Below are positions 1 to 11,797 of a stretch of DNA of 64,000 nt, piece after piece. The notes beneath the pieces are model-generated. The model had not been told where the DNA came from. It ran no database searches and saw only the letters and a list, made by a program, of their open reading frames with translations. Both the position numbers and the translations under genes were made by a program. The DNA is taken from assembly GCF_031769215.1 (NCBI RefSeq), contig NW_026781950.1:310001-374000 (forward strand), in the 5' to 3' direction. How positions within the stretch are numbered: position 1 is the first letter of the stretch; every line of letters begins with the position of its first letter. The DNA comes from Ylistrum balloti (lineage: Eukaryota).

Positions 1-198
1 TTTGCAGAACAACAGAGCAAATTTGTACTTTGAAGATAAATAGTTCAATTAATAAATGCAAAGATAATGAGAAAATAAAGTGAGTTTCTGATTGATAGTG
101 AAGCAATTTTAAAAATTATTGACTCACAATGCACAATTGGAATTACACAGCTCAATGTAAAATATTTACAACCATTTATTTGAGTAGCCTCCCCTTAC

Positions 199-264
199 CT
201 GTAATGCACACCTCTGAAGCACCATTAGCCCTAGCTGTTAAAAGATTGACCAACCCAATAGGAC
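199..264 (-). CDS. SORD: SORD-A exon 6, 66 bp
   Basis: [22 protein letters not shown]; TTTCCAG acceptor and GTAAGG donor. Confidence 0.93.
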
Positions 265-3200
265 CTGGAAAGAATTAATAGAAAATGACCTATTACACCA
301 GTTATTCTCCTTCTATTTCATGGACAAGATTCCAAATATAAGATAAAGAATATACTGTATATATATATATATATATATAAATACCAATCTAAGAACTACA
401 AATACATTTGATGGAAGTTTGAGTCATTTTTCTGTGATCATAAGTGATCACATTGCTGGTTCATTTTGGAAACAATGATCAATAAAACTCTATATTACAT
501 CAGATGAATGGTGGAACTTGTTTTGATATCTTATTTTGATATCATATCTTGATAACTTATCTTCAATTTATATAAATCTTAGCTTTAAATGCCTTTATTT
601 GTGTTTTAGAAAAGTACACCCCAAACACCAGACATTTTTGTAGAAAGGGGGACAATAAAGACCTACAAGTCAATATGCTCTGGATCTAGGTAACCCATTG
701 AGGTCTAAACATACATGCATAAGGGAGATAATCCACACTTACCTGCCCCACAGACAAGTACCCTGCTCCCAAGCGTTACCCCACCTCTATTACAAGCATG
801 AACCCCGACAGATAAGGGCTCCAACAGGGCACCCTCTTCAAAACTCACATTGTCTGGTAATCTTTAAAAATATATCCAATTAACTTGGTTCAATATCATG
901 TAAAAAAAATTGTCCTCTTAATCAGTTTACACATTTTTCTTTTTTTTATTTTTTATTTTGTAGGGAGGGGTTGACTGGTAATACTTTTCCATAATCCCTG
1001 TAATTAATAATATATCGTTGTGACCAAGATTTGTTTGATTGTTTACCAATCAACAAGTCATTTAAGTCACAAAGATAGAACAAATAATTGAATAAATGAA
1101 CAGATACTGATAGGGCTAAGAGATAAATATGTAATTCAGTTATAGAAAATGAAAATAAATACATGTAGTTCAAATATAGCTTCCATGTACCAACCAACAA
1201 TTTTCCTTACGCTTTTTCCAAAACAGAGTCTTTTATACAATCATCATAAAATCATAAATTTTCATGGATGATTAATTTCATTTACTTTATAGGAATGCTT
1301 CACCCATGAATTCATTTATCTACGAACTGTAATAATTAGTATATAAACAATTACAGACTTGCATTTATCCACAAAGTCAAATATGTTCAACTATTTCTAT
1401 AAAATAATGATTTTTTATTCTTACTTGAAACAGAAATCAGCTGCATGGACGTAGAAACGTGAAAGGTTACCATCATATGGAGGTGTGGCACAAAACTTCA
1501 TGTCACCACAGAGATTGTAGCGGCCAGATTTACAGAAACGACACATTCGACATGGTACACCTGGCTCTATAGCGACTCTGTCACCTAGAAAAGATTTAAG
1601 TGACATTAAATTCTTCAAGAATTTACTTTATTTAAATAAATGCACTTTTGAGAATTTTTTAAATTAAAAGAAACACAATTTATTAAGCAAATATAATCTC
1701 ACACCATGATTCAGTGACATGTTTTTACTTACCAACTTTCAGTGAAGTAACTCCCTCACCAAGTTTACTGACCACTGCACTGGCTTCATGTCCTAGTATC
1801 ATTGGTGCCTTGACAATGAAATCACCAATGGAGCCATGCTGCCAGTAGTGGACATCTGACCCACAGATTCCGACCTGCTGCATACATAACTGGACCTCTT
1901 TTAGGAAAACATATTTAATCTTCAATACAAGTTTATGATATTATATTTCATCCACAGATTGTGACTAGATATTTTCTGATTAAAAACCTGATCATCAAAA
2001 TTTTTAGATATAAAATTTCAGGCATAAATCTCAAAAGACATACAATTGTTTTATGTGGGCCTTGTAAGGCTTGGTATAGCTTTTGGACAGTAGAGTAGGT
2101 GAGGGAATGTTTTGAATTCAAGTTATATTGGTAACTTTGATATTGTGTGGAGTGGGAAAGACAGAAAACATATAACATACTTTATCTGTAGTTTTCACTA
2201 TTAAGATGAACTGTATAATATGAGATCACACTTGATCAAATAGAATTTTACACGATTGGGTTCCATGGACAGGAAAATCTTAAAACCAGAGGGAAAGAGC
2301 ATGATTCTGAAGAACCTGAGGCTTGCATTGCCATATTCTTTCCAGACAGGTTTTAGATTTTCCATTAATTGTAAACAACACACATCTGCCAATGACAAAA
2401 TTAATAGGCATTGCAATTTGAATACATATTTTATCGCAAATCTTTTTAAAAAGTCTGTGAATATAGAAAAGAAAGTAAAACATTTTGAACAAGAGTACTG
2501 CAAAGCGGAACAAAATACGCCTGTGAATATCTAAAACAGCAAAGGGGCATAACTCTTATTCAAATCGTCTAATCAAAACCCCGTTCAGGAAAACACAATT
2601 TCATATCATGGTGATTAAGCCTACCAGGTTTCATAAAGATCGGCTGAAAAATGTTGGAGGAGATCTCCGGACAAGATTTCTAAAGTGAAATAAACAAAGG
2701 GCCATAACTCTTGTTCAAATCGTCTAATCAAAACCCCATTCAGGAAAACACAACTTCATATCATGGTGATTAAGCCTAATAAGTTTCATAAAGATCGGCT
2801 GAAAAATGTAGGAGGGGAGAAGATCTCCGGACAAATAAAAGTTTACAACGGACGCCGGACGATGGACGGACGGACGGCGCCATACCATAAAACGTCCGTC
2901 TTTCGACGGGCGTATAAAATTTCAAAAATAAGAATAGTATCAAATGTCAAATATGTGAGAGTGTTTACTTGACATAATACCAGTAAGCTTAAGCAGTCTT
3001 TTCCCCAGTGAAACTTGAAACTATTTTTTTCACAAGACTTTCTGTCTGTCACAGGTAAGTGTGGTTCAATATTCGTACTGGATCATAACAAACAAATGTT
3101 TGTTGGATGTGTATTACTGGGATAGATCAATGAAGTAATAGTAACAGTACGGACAAGCAAATTGTCAAATTTTCGAGGCAACCTGTGTCGTTATCAAGTA

Positions 3201-6200
3201 TTACATAAATTACATCACATACATGGAACATAAAACAAATACAAATATAGTTGTCTTGATAATCCTTTTGGCCAATGGATGCCGAAGGCCATCTAAAGCG
3301 AACATATATATATATATATATATACTGGTATATAAATGACAACAAAGAAAACTGATAAAAAAATTCAAATCTTTTCAGGTATGTAGTCACATGACTCCCA
3401 TAAACAAAATTGCTGTAGACATGAAGTCACAGTTAATGATACTGGATATTTGCTAAAGTCCAGTTCTATAACATTACATCATTTGTGAATTAAAAATAAT
3501 TTCTTGATCAACATTTGCCAAATGATGAATTCATGGAAAATATGATCTGGAGAAGAAGGTATGTAAAATGATAGATATATTTACATCTAATTTGGTGTAT
3601 AGACTGGTCACATAACTAAAAAGCATTTATTTGTTTACAGTGTGCATAGTATCACCTACAAGTAGCAATTTCTTTTAGTTGCAGGTAGCATCCTTAATAA
3701 CAAGTCATCTACCCTTATCTTTGAGCAATCATAATTTTATATCAAAAGGTCTTTTACGAAGAAATAATTGATAAGATCTTATTTACTTGGAAAAATTGTT
3801 TTAAAACATATGTGCAATTATATAAATGAATATTCTTGCGATTTTTTCATTTCTCAACAATTCAGTTATTGAATCAAATTTTTTCATTGTAATATTTCTA
3901 ATAACCGCCATTAATTGACATCTTCTTGAAAATTATTAGATATGAAAGTAATATGAAGAAAGTAGAAATATACCTCCTTGGCCTGGTTCTGGGATTGGTA
4001 TATCTTCCTGAAAAAAAGGTGAAAAAAAAGTGTATGTTTTCATGAAATCATTTTCTTGTTAATTATAAGACAGCATTTCTTTCAATATTTGATATTTAAT
4101 AGATTTCAGATTTTATTGGTACTCTCAGACATACAAAGTATGTTACAAGAGGTCAGATTACAAAAAAAAAAAAAAAAATTCTTGGCATGGCGGTCAATAA
4201 TTATATACATGATATTATTTTAGCTACGTACATTCAATAGATTAGCAAGCTTTTCAAGAAATTTACTGAGATTTGATAAAACTCTAACATTACATACAGA
4301 AAAAAGTCCATGCATTTTTGTAATACTAGGATAAGTAGAATAGTAAGGTGGGATAAACTGATCTCTAATTCTACGAACTGATCCATGATCGCATCTAAAA
4401 AGATAATTGTATTCATCGCCAATTTCATTTGAGCAAAGATTACAAGTTCTGTTCTCCCTATGTATTCCAATCCATCTTCCTGTTTCTACAGGTAAATGCA
4501 TATTTGAAGTTCTAAATTTAATGATAATTTGTCTTTCTCTAGGTATAATTTTCAAAAGATATTTTTCTATTTCAAAATTACTTTTCATTATACAATAGGT
4601 ATTTCCTCGAGAGGAATTAATTACATCACTGAACCATTTTTGTATGAACTGGTCTTGTAATCTTTGCTTAACGACAAGTTTCAAATAATTTCTATTAAAT
4701 ATACATATTTTCTGGTAGTCCCAGATAAGGTTTAAACCAGTTTCTATAAATATATATGAACATTTTTCAACCATTTGAAATCCATCATTCATTGCAAGAC
4801 GTTCATCTCATTAAGTTCAAAGATCTTAATGTATTTTTTAAAAAATTGAAATGAAATCATTCCTTTCTAACAAGTAAATAAAACTCAACTCTTCAAATTT
4901 ATTTTCAAACTATCAACAACATCAATAATTGCAAACATAAAAAAATGGAATGGTAAGGATGGTTAAAGTCATTCAGTATTCTTGAGTTCAGAATTAAATT
5001 AAAAATCAATAAACAAAATGGAAAAACAGAATATCCAAATATATGTATTTAATACATACATCATATCAATGTCACTTTGAAGTTGACCGAGATTTGTAAC
5101 GGTTGTTTCATAAATTCACAGCGTCTTGTTTAAACCTAAAATTAGGTCCAGGTCAAACTTAAGATAGCTTATCTAACAAGAAGACACTATCGTTCTTGTT
5201 TGTTGACTTATCTGTGGGATAGAATTAAAGGAGGCATCTTCATAGCCTGCCCTAACCTAACGCTAACTTAAGGTCAGCTTACAGAAAACTTCTTACCAAA
5301 CATTTCTTATGTTTTTATTTCAAAATTTCTGACAATGATTTCCTTTGTCCTTTTACAAGATTTGTTCTAAATTTAACATACAGATTTGTTATTTCTACAT
5401 ATAAATGATAACTGCAGTTATTTCTTAGATTTTGTAAGTCGGTGACTTTTTTAAACATTTCTTTACATGTGACTTTTTTTCCTTTTTTTAGGGGGGGACA
5501 ATGTTCAGCTTGTAAAACTGATATAAATATGAATAATACATTTTGTACAAGTTCCTTTCAACTTTTCAGCACGAGTAATAGATATTTTGGTAAAAAGTAC
5601 TTGTAGACAAAGGTATATAGAATGTCACAGTACTGTACAACAAGGAAAATCATGAGGGCTGAAAGAAATTGGTTATTTTTAGCAATATTTTGGTTTTGCC
5701 AATATCAAAAACAAAGTGGGCTGTGGGGTCAAATTCAGTTTTGAGTGACCAATGAATGGCCCTACTCAAATAAGACATTCAAGCATTTTCCCTACTCTAT
5801 ATGAGGCCTCATGTCGGTAGCTCTATTTTCTGAAGTTTTGTGCCAACTGTCAGAAGCTTAATGCGCCAGTGACCTACTTCACGGACACCTTAATTTGGAA
5901 CGGAACGTAAACAACTTAATCAATAACCCAGTCCACTGTTTAGTATGATGAACAGAGCACTGAATTTTTGCATGAGTTGTTTACGTTCCAGATATAGATG
6001 CCTGTGTCATGTGTGTTGTACATGTACTGTCGTGGACCATTCTGATATCACAGAGTTACTCGTACGGCGATAAGCTCGTGACAGCCGAAGGGAGTCGAGA
6101 ATATTGTTGGCTAGCCTGCGTGAACTCGCATCTGCATCGACTTAGAATTATATACTGCAATAAAGTTCCGTTTATCTCCGAGTGATTATTTGCGTACTCA

Positions 6201-6258
6201 CCAATTTGATGTCACCTTTCTTGTAGAGAATGGCGGTTAAGTTTGTGTCCGTCATCAT
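199..6258 (-). CDS. SORD: Sorbitol dehydrogenase paralog A (zinc-dependent MDR), exons 1-6; exons 7-9 lie left of the window
   Basis: Exons 6202-6258, 3974-4007, 1733-1897, 1425-1584, 743-861, 199-264, all GT-AG and in phase. Translation: [52 protein letters not shown]...GHE...[15 protein letters not shown]...[16 protein letters not shown]...[11 protein letters not shown]. Exon sizes 34/165/160/119/66 equal those recalled for human SORD. Confidence 0.95.
743..861 (-). CDS. SORD: SORD-A exon 5, 119 bp
   Basis: [39 protein letters not shown]; GTAAGT donor. Confidence 0.93.
1425..1584 (-). CDS. SORD: SORD-A exon 4, 160 bp (structural Zn lobe)
   Basis: [26 protein letters not shown]...DFCFK; TAG acceptor and GTAAGA donor. 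Confidence 0.95.
1733..1897 (-). CDS. SORD: SORD-A exon 3, 165 bp (catalytic Zn ligands GICGSD...GHE)
   Basis: Inside ORF 1725-1925; AAG acceptor and GTAAGT donor. Confidence 0.95.
2488..2919 (+). mobile_element. Helentron-associated non-autonomous element (HINE; Pearl/CvA/DTC84-like structure)
   Basis: AACAAGAG start, two tandem core repeats of about 155 bp (about 2540-2680 and 2697-2832), an (ACGG)n tract, and a terminal hairpin CGTCCGTC-TTTC-GACGGGCG (2893-2912) followed by ATAAAA. Family name is assigned from structure only. Confidence 0.65.
3974..4007 (-). CDS. SORD: SORD-A exon 2, 34 bp ([11 protein letters not shown])
   Basis: Pyrimidine-rich CAG acceptor, GT donor, 34 bp; not in the ORF track. 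Confidence 0.88.
4100..4800 (-). mobile_element. 5'-truncated non-LTR retrotransposon, 3' end (RTE-X/CR1-type C-terminus)
   Basis: ORF 4220-4792: [10 protein letters not shown]...[16 protein letters not shown]...[15 protein letters not shown]; tail AATAAAATCTGAAATCT at about 4100-4116. Confidence 0.8.
6202..6258 (-). CDS. SORD: SORD-A exon 1 ([19 protein letters not shown])
   Basis: ATG at 6258 (second ATG at 6255), GTGAGT donor; homologous to SORD-B exon 1. Confidence 0.88.
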
Positions 6259-7429
6259 GAACTGAGTTGTCCGAGTCTTGGTCGTCCAGCTGCAGCAAAA
6301 TGGGGTTAACTCCTCAAAAACATGGTGATTTTGAAGCTTGGAAATGAAGAGAAGAAATACTTTGAAAATAAACGTTTGGGTGATTCGTGATAAGAAACCA
6401 CGTGCATTTGTTTACATCTGTTCTCCTTGTTGTTATTATTTCCTTATATGGTACTTTATCAATATTTGCTCTCTGTTTCTTCATGATACAATCTTTTTGA
6501 TACAAACAGAGTTGATAACAACTGTCATTGCTATAAAAATAGATTAAATGTACATGTTCTTAAGACATATAACGAATATTTCCATAATACTACATTGTAA
6601 AATGATAATTTACGATACTAGTGTACGTACAATGTGTAGTATACATAGGCATGTGTTCTAAAATGTTCACTTTTTATGTTCGTGTACAGGTGCATGTAGA
6701 TGTGGCATGGATAATATTCTACACAACTGTACATGTAGATATACATATATATAGGAACGTGTTACATGTCACTAGTAAAAATAATGCCTATTTTTCACAA
6801 GACAATAAAAATCCAACTTTTGAAAAAAAAAGTTGTTAATTTTTACGTCATATATTCTACAGTGCGCTCAAAGAGGCCAGAATTTGCTATCATTCTTTTT
6901 TTACTATTGTATGTGTACATTTATATGTATACCGTCTCTATTCGCTGTGTTTCAACTTTATTAGATAGCTCAGGAAACAGATTGATTGATCCATTTGCAA
7001 AAAAAAAAATCACAAAATATAAATGGATCACTTTCGCTGTTTAAATTGCCCATATTATATATATATTAGATACATGTATGCGAACAGTATGGTGTAACAT
7101 GCAATAAATCTATATTACACATGTTTATATACGTCCCTGTATATATATATAATCAACTTTCGTAAGCTTATGGTTCAGTCATGACGTCACAAATTAGACC
7201 GCCTAAATGGGTTATGTCTCCGTAGTGCTTGTCGAGTCGTAGGCACGAGAGCCCACAGGTAGAATGGGGCTAGTCATTGATGAGTGATTTTATCCATTTT
7301 AGTAGGTACCATTTTACTCGGAAACCAGTACAGCCGTAGTTATATAGGTTTGTGTTGTAGCCTACATAGAGGTTACACACTTAACATGTCGGACTTTATT
7401 TCGAACTTGAACCGTGATAACATACAATC

Positions 7430-7860
7430 CGTGTTCAAATAATTTGAATGTTCGAGTTTTGAGAAAAAAATTGATCTGTATGAAATGGTAAAAGAATGTT
7501 AAGCACGAGGATCATTCCCTTCAAAAAGTAAATGGAAGAACAAGGTAAAATGTACTGTTCATTCACACGAAGAAAACTCGTGGAAAGAAAGAATGGATGA
7601 TGACCGCGAGTTCTGTAATTTTAAATTAATTCATAATAAACTGGCTCCCCACATATTGTGGAAGCTATTAATTAAGTTTCCTCAGAATAAGGAATCCATA
7701 GTTAGCATTATGAAACTTCTTGTATCCATAAGAAATGTAAACATAGTTGAATTATGTCACAGATGTGGTCAAACGTATGATGATGTGTATCCTCATATAG
7801 TTTTGATCTCGCCAGAGACGTGTTATATACGTCTCTGATCTCGCTAACTTTTGTTACAAT
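7430..7860 (+). mobile_element. Decayed LINE C-terminal fragment
   Basis: FPSKSKWKNKVK...ENSWKERMDDDREFCNFKLIH...LCHRCGQTYDDVYPHIV resembles the CCHC-type tail of invertebrate LINE ORF2; from recalled similarity only. Confidence 0.5.
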
Positions 7861-9759
7861 TACTTTCTGCTTACTTTAGATTTTTTTAAAATAATTTTTT
7901 ATTTATTAGTCTTATTTTTGTTACGAAAATAAGATTCCCTTTTCACTTTTCGACAATTTGGCTCTGGTCAGGACGTTCAGTGCTAAGACAGCATATATTT
8001 TGTAGTTCTGTAGGGCTCAGGTAACTAACAAACGGAGGTCTTCCACGGCTCAATGATCAGACACAAAAGCGAACACCAGAAAAGCATCTACTATCCGTTG
8101 TAATATGTCCCTGTGAACAATGCCTGTTTATAATTTTGAATCTGAGACGTAAATGTCTCTATTTGATCATGTTGGTCAGATTGGGAAGGAAAAGGTACTG
8201 CTTGATAATGCGTGGTTAACTTCAATGATTGAAACAATGCAGCAATCGTGAAATTTGGAAATTACCACGTGTAGCACCCCCTTAGTTGTAAATTTATAAT
8301 TGGCCGTTCATTATCACGTCATATCTGAAATGACGGTGGGGAGATTGGGATTTTGAAAAAAAAAGTCAACTGCCCTGAGGCTTATATAGCAATTAGTACC
8401 TATGTCCTGGACACGGATAAACTTAATGATGATGAGCCTAGTGGTACAATGGCCATTTTGGGGTGGCATAGACAAACATCTCAAATATGAGCTATGCACA
8501 GATGAGAAAATAGTTACTATAAGATAAAATTATCCATGGTATATGATGAATTGTCGATTTAGGAGATTTTTTCTGGAGTTACTCAGTATCTCCCTACATA
8601 ATTATATAGGTATATGTACAAAGGTGCGTGCACTTGACTATTAAAGTGGAGTTGTATAACTTTCCACAGTACAACAATTTTCATTATGGTCATTACCTAA
8701 GGTCACTACGTCCGATAGTTATTGACACGGAACTGTTTATACCAATCAGTTAATAAATATGGACATTGACTGAGAAATTAGAATTCCCGAAAGTATATGA
8801 AAACATTCTGAACCCAGATAAAACGAGATCAAGAAGGAATATCTGTGTTATGATCATGTCTGCATCATACACTTCTCGTTAAAATATACATTGTACACTT
8901 CTTCAACAATACTTACATGATTCGTCATTATTGTTTTATTTACTGTAAGTGAATCGGTCAGTATAAATTCTCACCAATGGTTACAAATGCCAGTAGTAAA
9001 CTGTACATATAACTTCGAAATTGCATTATATATAAACATGAACGGAATGTATAGAGTGATAAACTTATTGACAAAATAAATGTAGAAAAAAATTAAAAAA
9101 AATAACCGAGATATTAAAATAAACTCCAGTGATTGTTGATATTCACATACAGTGAACTATGTTTTGGTTATAGCTTTGCCGCTGTGTGGAAATGTGTTGA
9201 TTTTTCACAATTCATGTCCATAATTACGTACGGAATCTTTTATTTTGAAGATATCAAATGTACTTTGATCAGAAAACAATATAACTATTACAGCAGTCCG
9301 TCTTAATGACTCAGCGATACACGTAACATTGATGCCGTGTTAACCTGTACAGTGATGGGACTCAGACAATTTCCGTGAACTTAAATTATGTGCCATTTTC
9401 AACTAAAAATGTTTTAATTAAAGTTTGTCAAAGTTATATCAATGTGTTGGAAAATTTCTATATTTGTTAGCCAGGGGCATACATTTAGAGATTTTGTCGT
9501 AATATTGCTTTTATTTCACATTGAAGTTGTTTTGTTAAATTTGGAAATACTATGAAGAAGATTCATGTGTAAGTTTCAACCAAAAAATGACGCGACTAAT
9601 TTTCGTCTAAACATTATATATACGTAACGAAGAGATGTTAAACTTAATGATCAAAGGCATTCATTTTGGAATCTTATCTACAAAACGATATATTAACATT
9701 TTTTGAAATGCCGCTATATAATCTAAAGTAAAGAAATCGTTCACCTGCAGCGAGAAATC

Positions 9760-9806
9760 TGCGCATGCGCGTCGCGGTACGTCCTTAATAGCTGCATAAT
9801 TATGCA
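9760..9806. promoter_or_regulatory. NRF1-like site TGCGCATGCGC and POU-like palindrome TGCATAATTATGCA
   Basis: Exact motifs at 9760-9770 and 9793-9806 in a short CpG-rich patch; function is inferred. Confidence 0.45.
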
Positions 9807-9830
9807 ATCTCGGATCGATGTTCTGTAATA

Positions 9831-11662
9831 CGGAAGCCGATTAGTGCCACTTTTTTCATGAGTTAATTTTTTTAAGTCGTAATTACGACTTAGGTATCTC
9901 GTAATTACGACTTAGAATCTCGTGATTACGACATAGTTATCTCGTAATTACGACTTGGCTATCTCGTAATTACGACCTCTAATCATTGCACGAGGCAAAG
10001 GTATGCGTGGTGTTCTTTCTTCAAGACTTCATTGTTATGTAGCGTAGGTGTCCTCGGTTTTTTCTTCTTAGGATTAATTTGATATATACATTCATGTCAT
10101 ATCACAAAGAGAGGACTTAGTTGACATTTGTTCATGAAGCAATGTTGTTCCCGAATTCCATGTAATAATGACTGATGCATGTACCTTATGATAAACATAT
10201 ATATCATATCATGAATAAGCTATTTTCCTGATATGGTGTGTAGCAAAGGAGATATCGCATGCTAAAACGCTAAATGTTATAAAACGCCAAATGAAATAAT
10301 TATTGCATTAAGCGATATGATATCATGATATCAATTGTAGATCAAAGGGTAAAGAAATGTTTCTAATCTTTCTATACACAGCAAATAAAGATTTTTTCGC
10401 TTGTTGTGCAAGTTTATCCTTTGCTTTGACAAAAGAGCCATTATAGTTAAATAAAGCACCTAAATATGAGAAAGATTCCAAGATTTCAAGTTCTTCATTA
10501 CAGAGTGAAAAGTGACCTCGTGTGTTATATTTTCTTATAACAATTTTAGTTTTTTGAATGTTGACTGAGTTTCCATTCATTACAATAATTTTGAAACGTG
10601 TGAAGTGCAGATTGTAATCACCTGCTGATTCAGATATTATAACAGTATCATCTGCGTACAAAATAAGAAACAATCTAATATATATGTCATTACCCAAGTT
10701 TTTAATTGATTGGAGACATCTGATATCATTTTCTAGAAAAAAATCATTTAGATAAATTGCAAATAAAAATGGGGATAAATTTTCCCCTGGATTTACCCAG
10801 ACATTACAATTGAACAGGCCTGATATATTGTTTCCTTGTTTGACACATGATTTAGTGTTATCATACAAATTTATTATGACTTTCAAAATTTTCCCGGTAA
10901 TATTACTTTTCTGGACTTTTTTCCATAATCCGATACGCCAGACCGAGTCCAAAGCTTTTTTAAAATGTAAACGAACAATACAATTTTTTCCCCAGTGAAA
11001 AATAAATAGATATTAGAGAATGTAAAATGAAAATGTTATCATCGGTAGAATGTTTCCTTCTGAAGCCAGCTCGCGCACCACTAATAAGGTTAATTTCATC
11101 AGATAGCTTATTCAAACGATTATTCAATATAGCCGTGAAAACTTTTCCTAGGCACGATGCAAGACTTATCGCTCTATAGTTGTCCAGGTTTTTCGGGTCG
11201 CCTTTATTTTTATATAAAGGTTTTATAACGCCTACTTTCCAAGAATCCGGGATACGTGCGGCATTTAATATAATATTAAACAACTTATGATATACATGTA
11301 CAAATAATTCAAGTGTGCTTTTCATATATTCATTGATCATTCCATCGGCCCCACTCGCCTTGTTATTATCCAGACTTTTAACGGACTGTTTATTTTCATC
11401 TGTAGTAATTTCACCGTTTAGAACCTCATCAAACATGCCGTCATTTACGTCATCGATATCAAAACTTTCGTCGGAGTTGCCTCCCTTATTAAGGTTTTTG
11501 AAATACTCATACAAATCGTCAAGTTTAATATCAGTATTTTGATCTGTAGAGGTTCCATCTATTTCATTCAATATTTTCCAGAATGATTTACGACTTAGGT
11601 ATCTCGTAATTACGACTTAAAAAAATTTAACTCATGAAAAAAGTGGCACTAACCGGCTTCCG
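9831..11662. mobile_element. Non-autonomous TIR DNA transposon, TA target duplication, carrying LINE sequence
   Basis: TIRs of about 58 bp (CGGAAGCCGATTAGTGCCACTTTTTTCATGAGTTAA...) differ by 1 mismatch and 1 indel; TA at 9829-9830 and 11663-11664; subterminal 21-bp repeats built on the palindrome TCGTAATTACGA. Confidence 0.85.
10323..11585 (-). mobile_element. Internal LINE reverse transcriptase fragment, frameshifted, both ends missing
   Basis: ORFs 10960-11571 (NYRAISLASCLGKVFTAILNNRL...GFR) and 10323-10952 (GENLSPFLFAIYLND...LYADDTVI). Confidence 0.9.
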
Positions 11663-11743
11663 TACTGTTCTCATATCTTACACAGATCTAGAGTAAAGGG
11701 ACACGCTGATCCTTATATACAGTCAGGTATATTTATAGCCATC

Positions 11744-11797
11744 ATGTCTGACCAGAATTTAAGTGTACTTCTCTACAAAAAAGGCGAAATACAAATG
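11744..11797 (+). CDS. SORD: SORD-B exon 1 ([18 protein letters not shown])
   Basis: GCCATCATG start, GTAAGT donor. Confidence 0.9.

Noticed and set aside
2201-3390. Several 69-100 aa ORFs in SORD-A intron 2
   Set aside because: They overlap the HINE and AT-rich intron sequence and show no protein features.
7182-7189. Perfect CRE palindrome TGACGTCA between the SORD genes
   Set aside because: A single 8-mer about 0.9 kb from the nearest ATG and beside a decayed LINE; not distinguishable from chance without conservation data.
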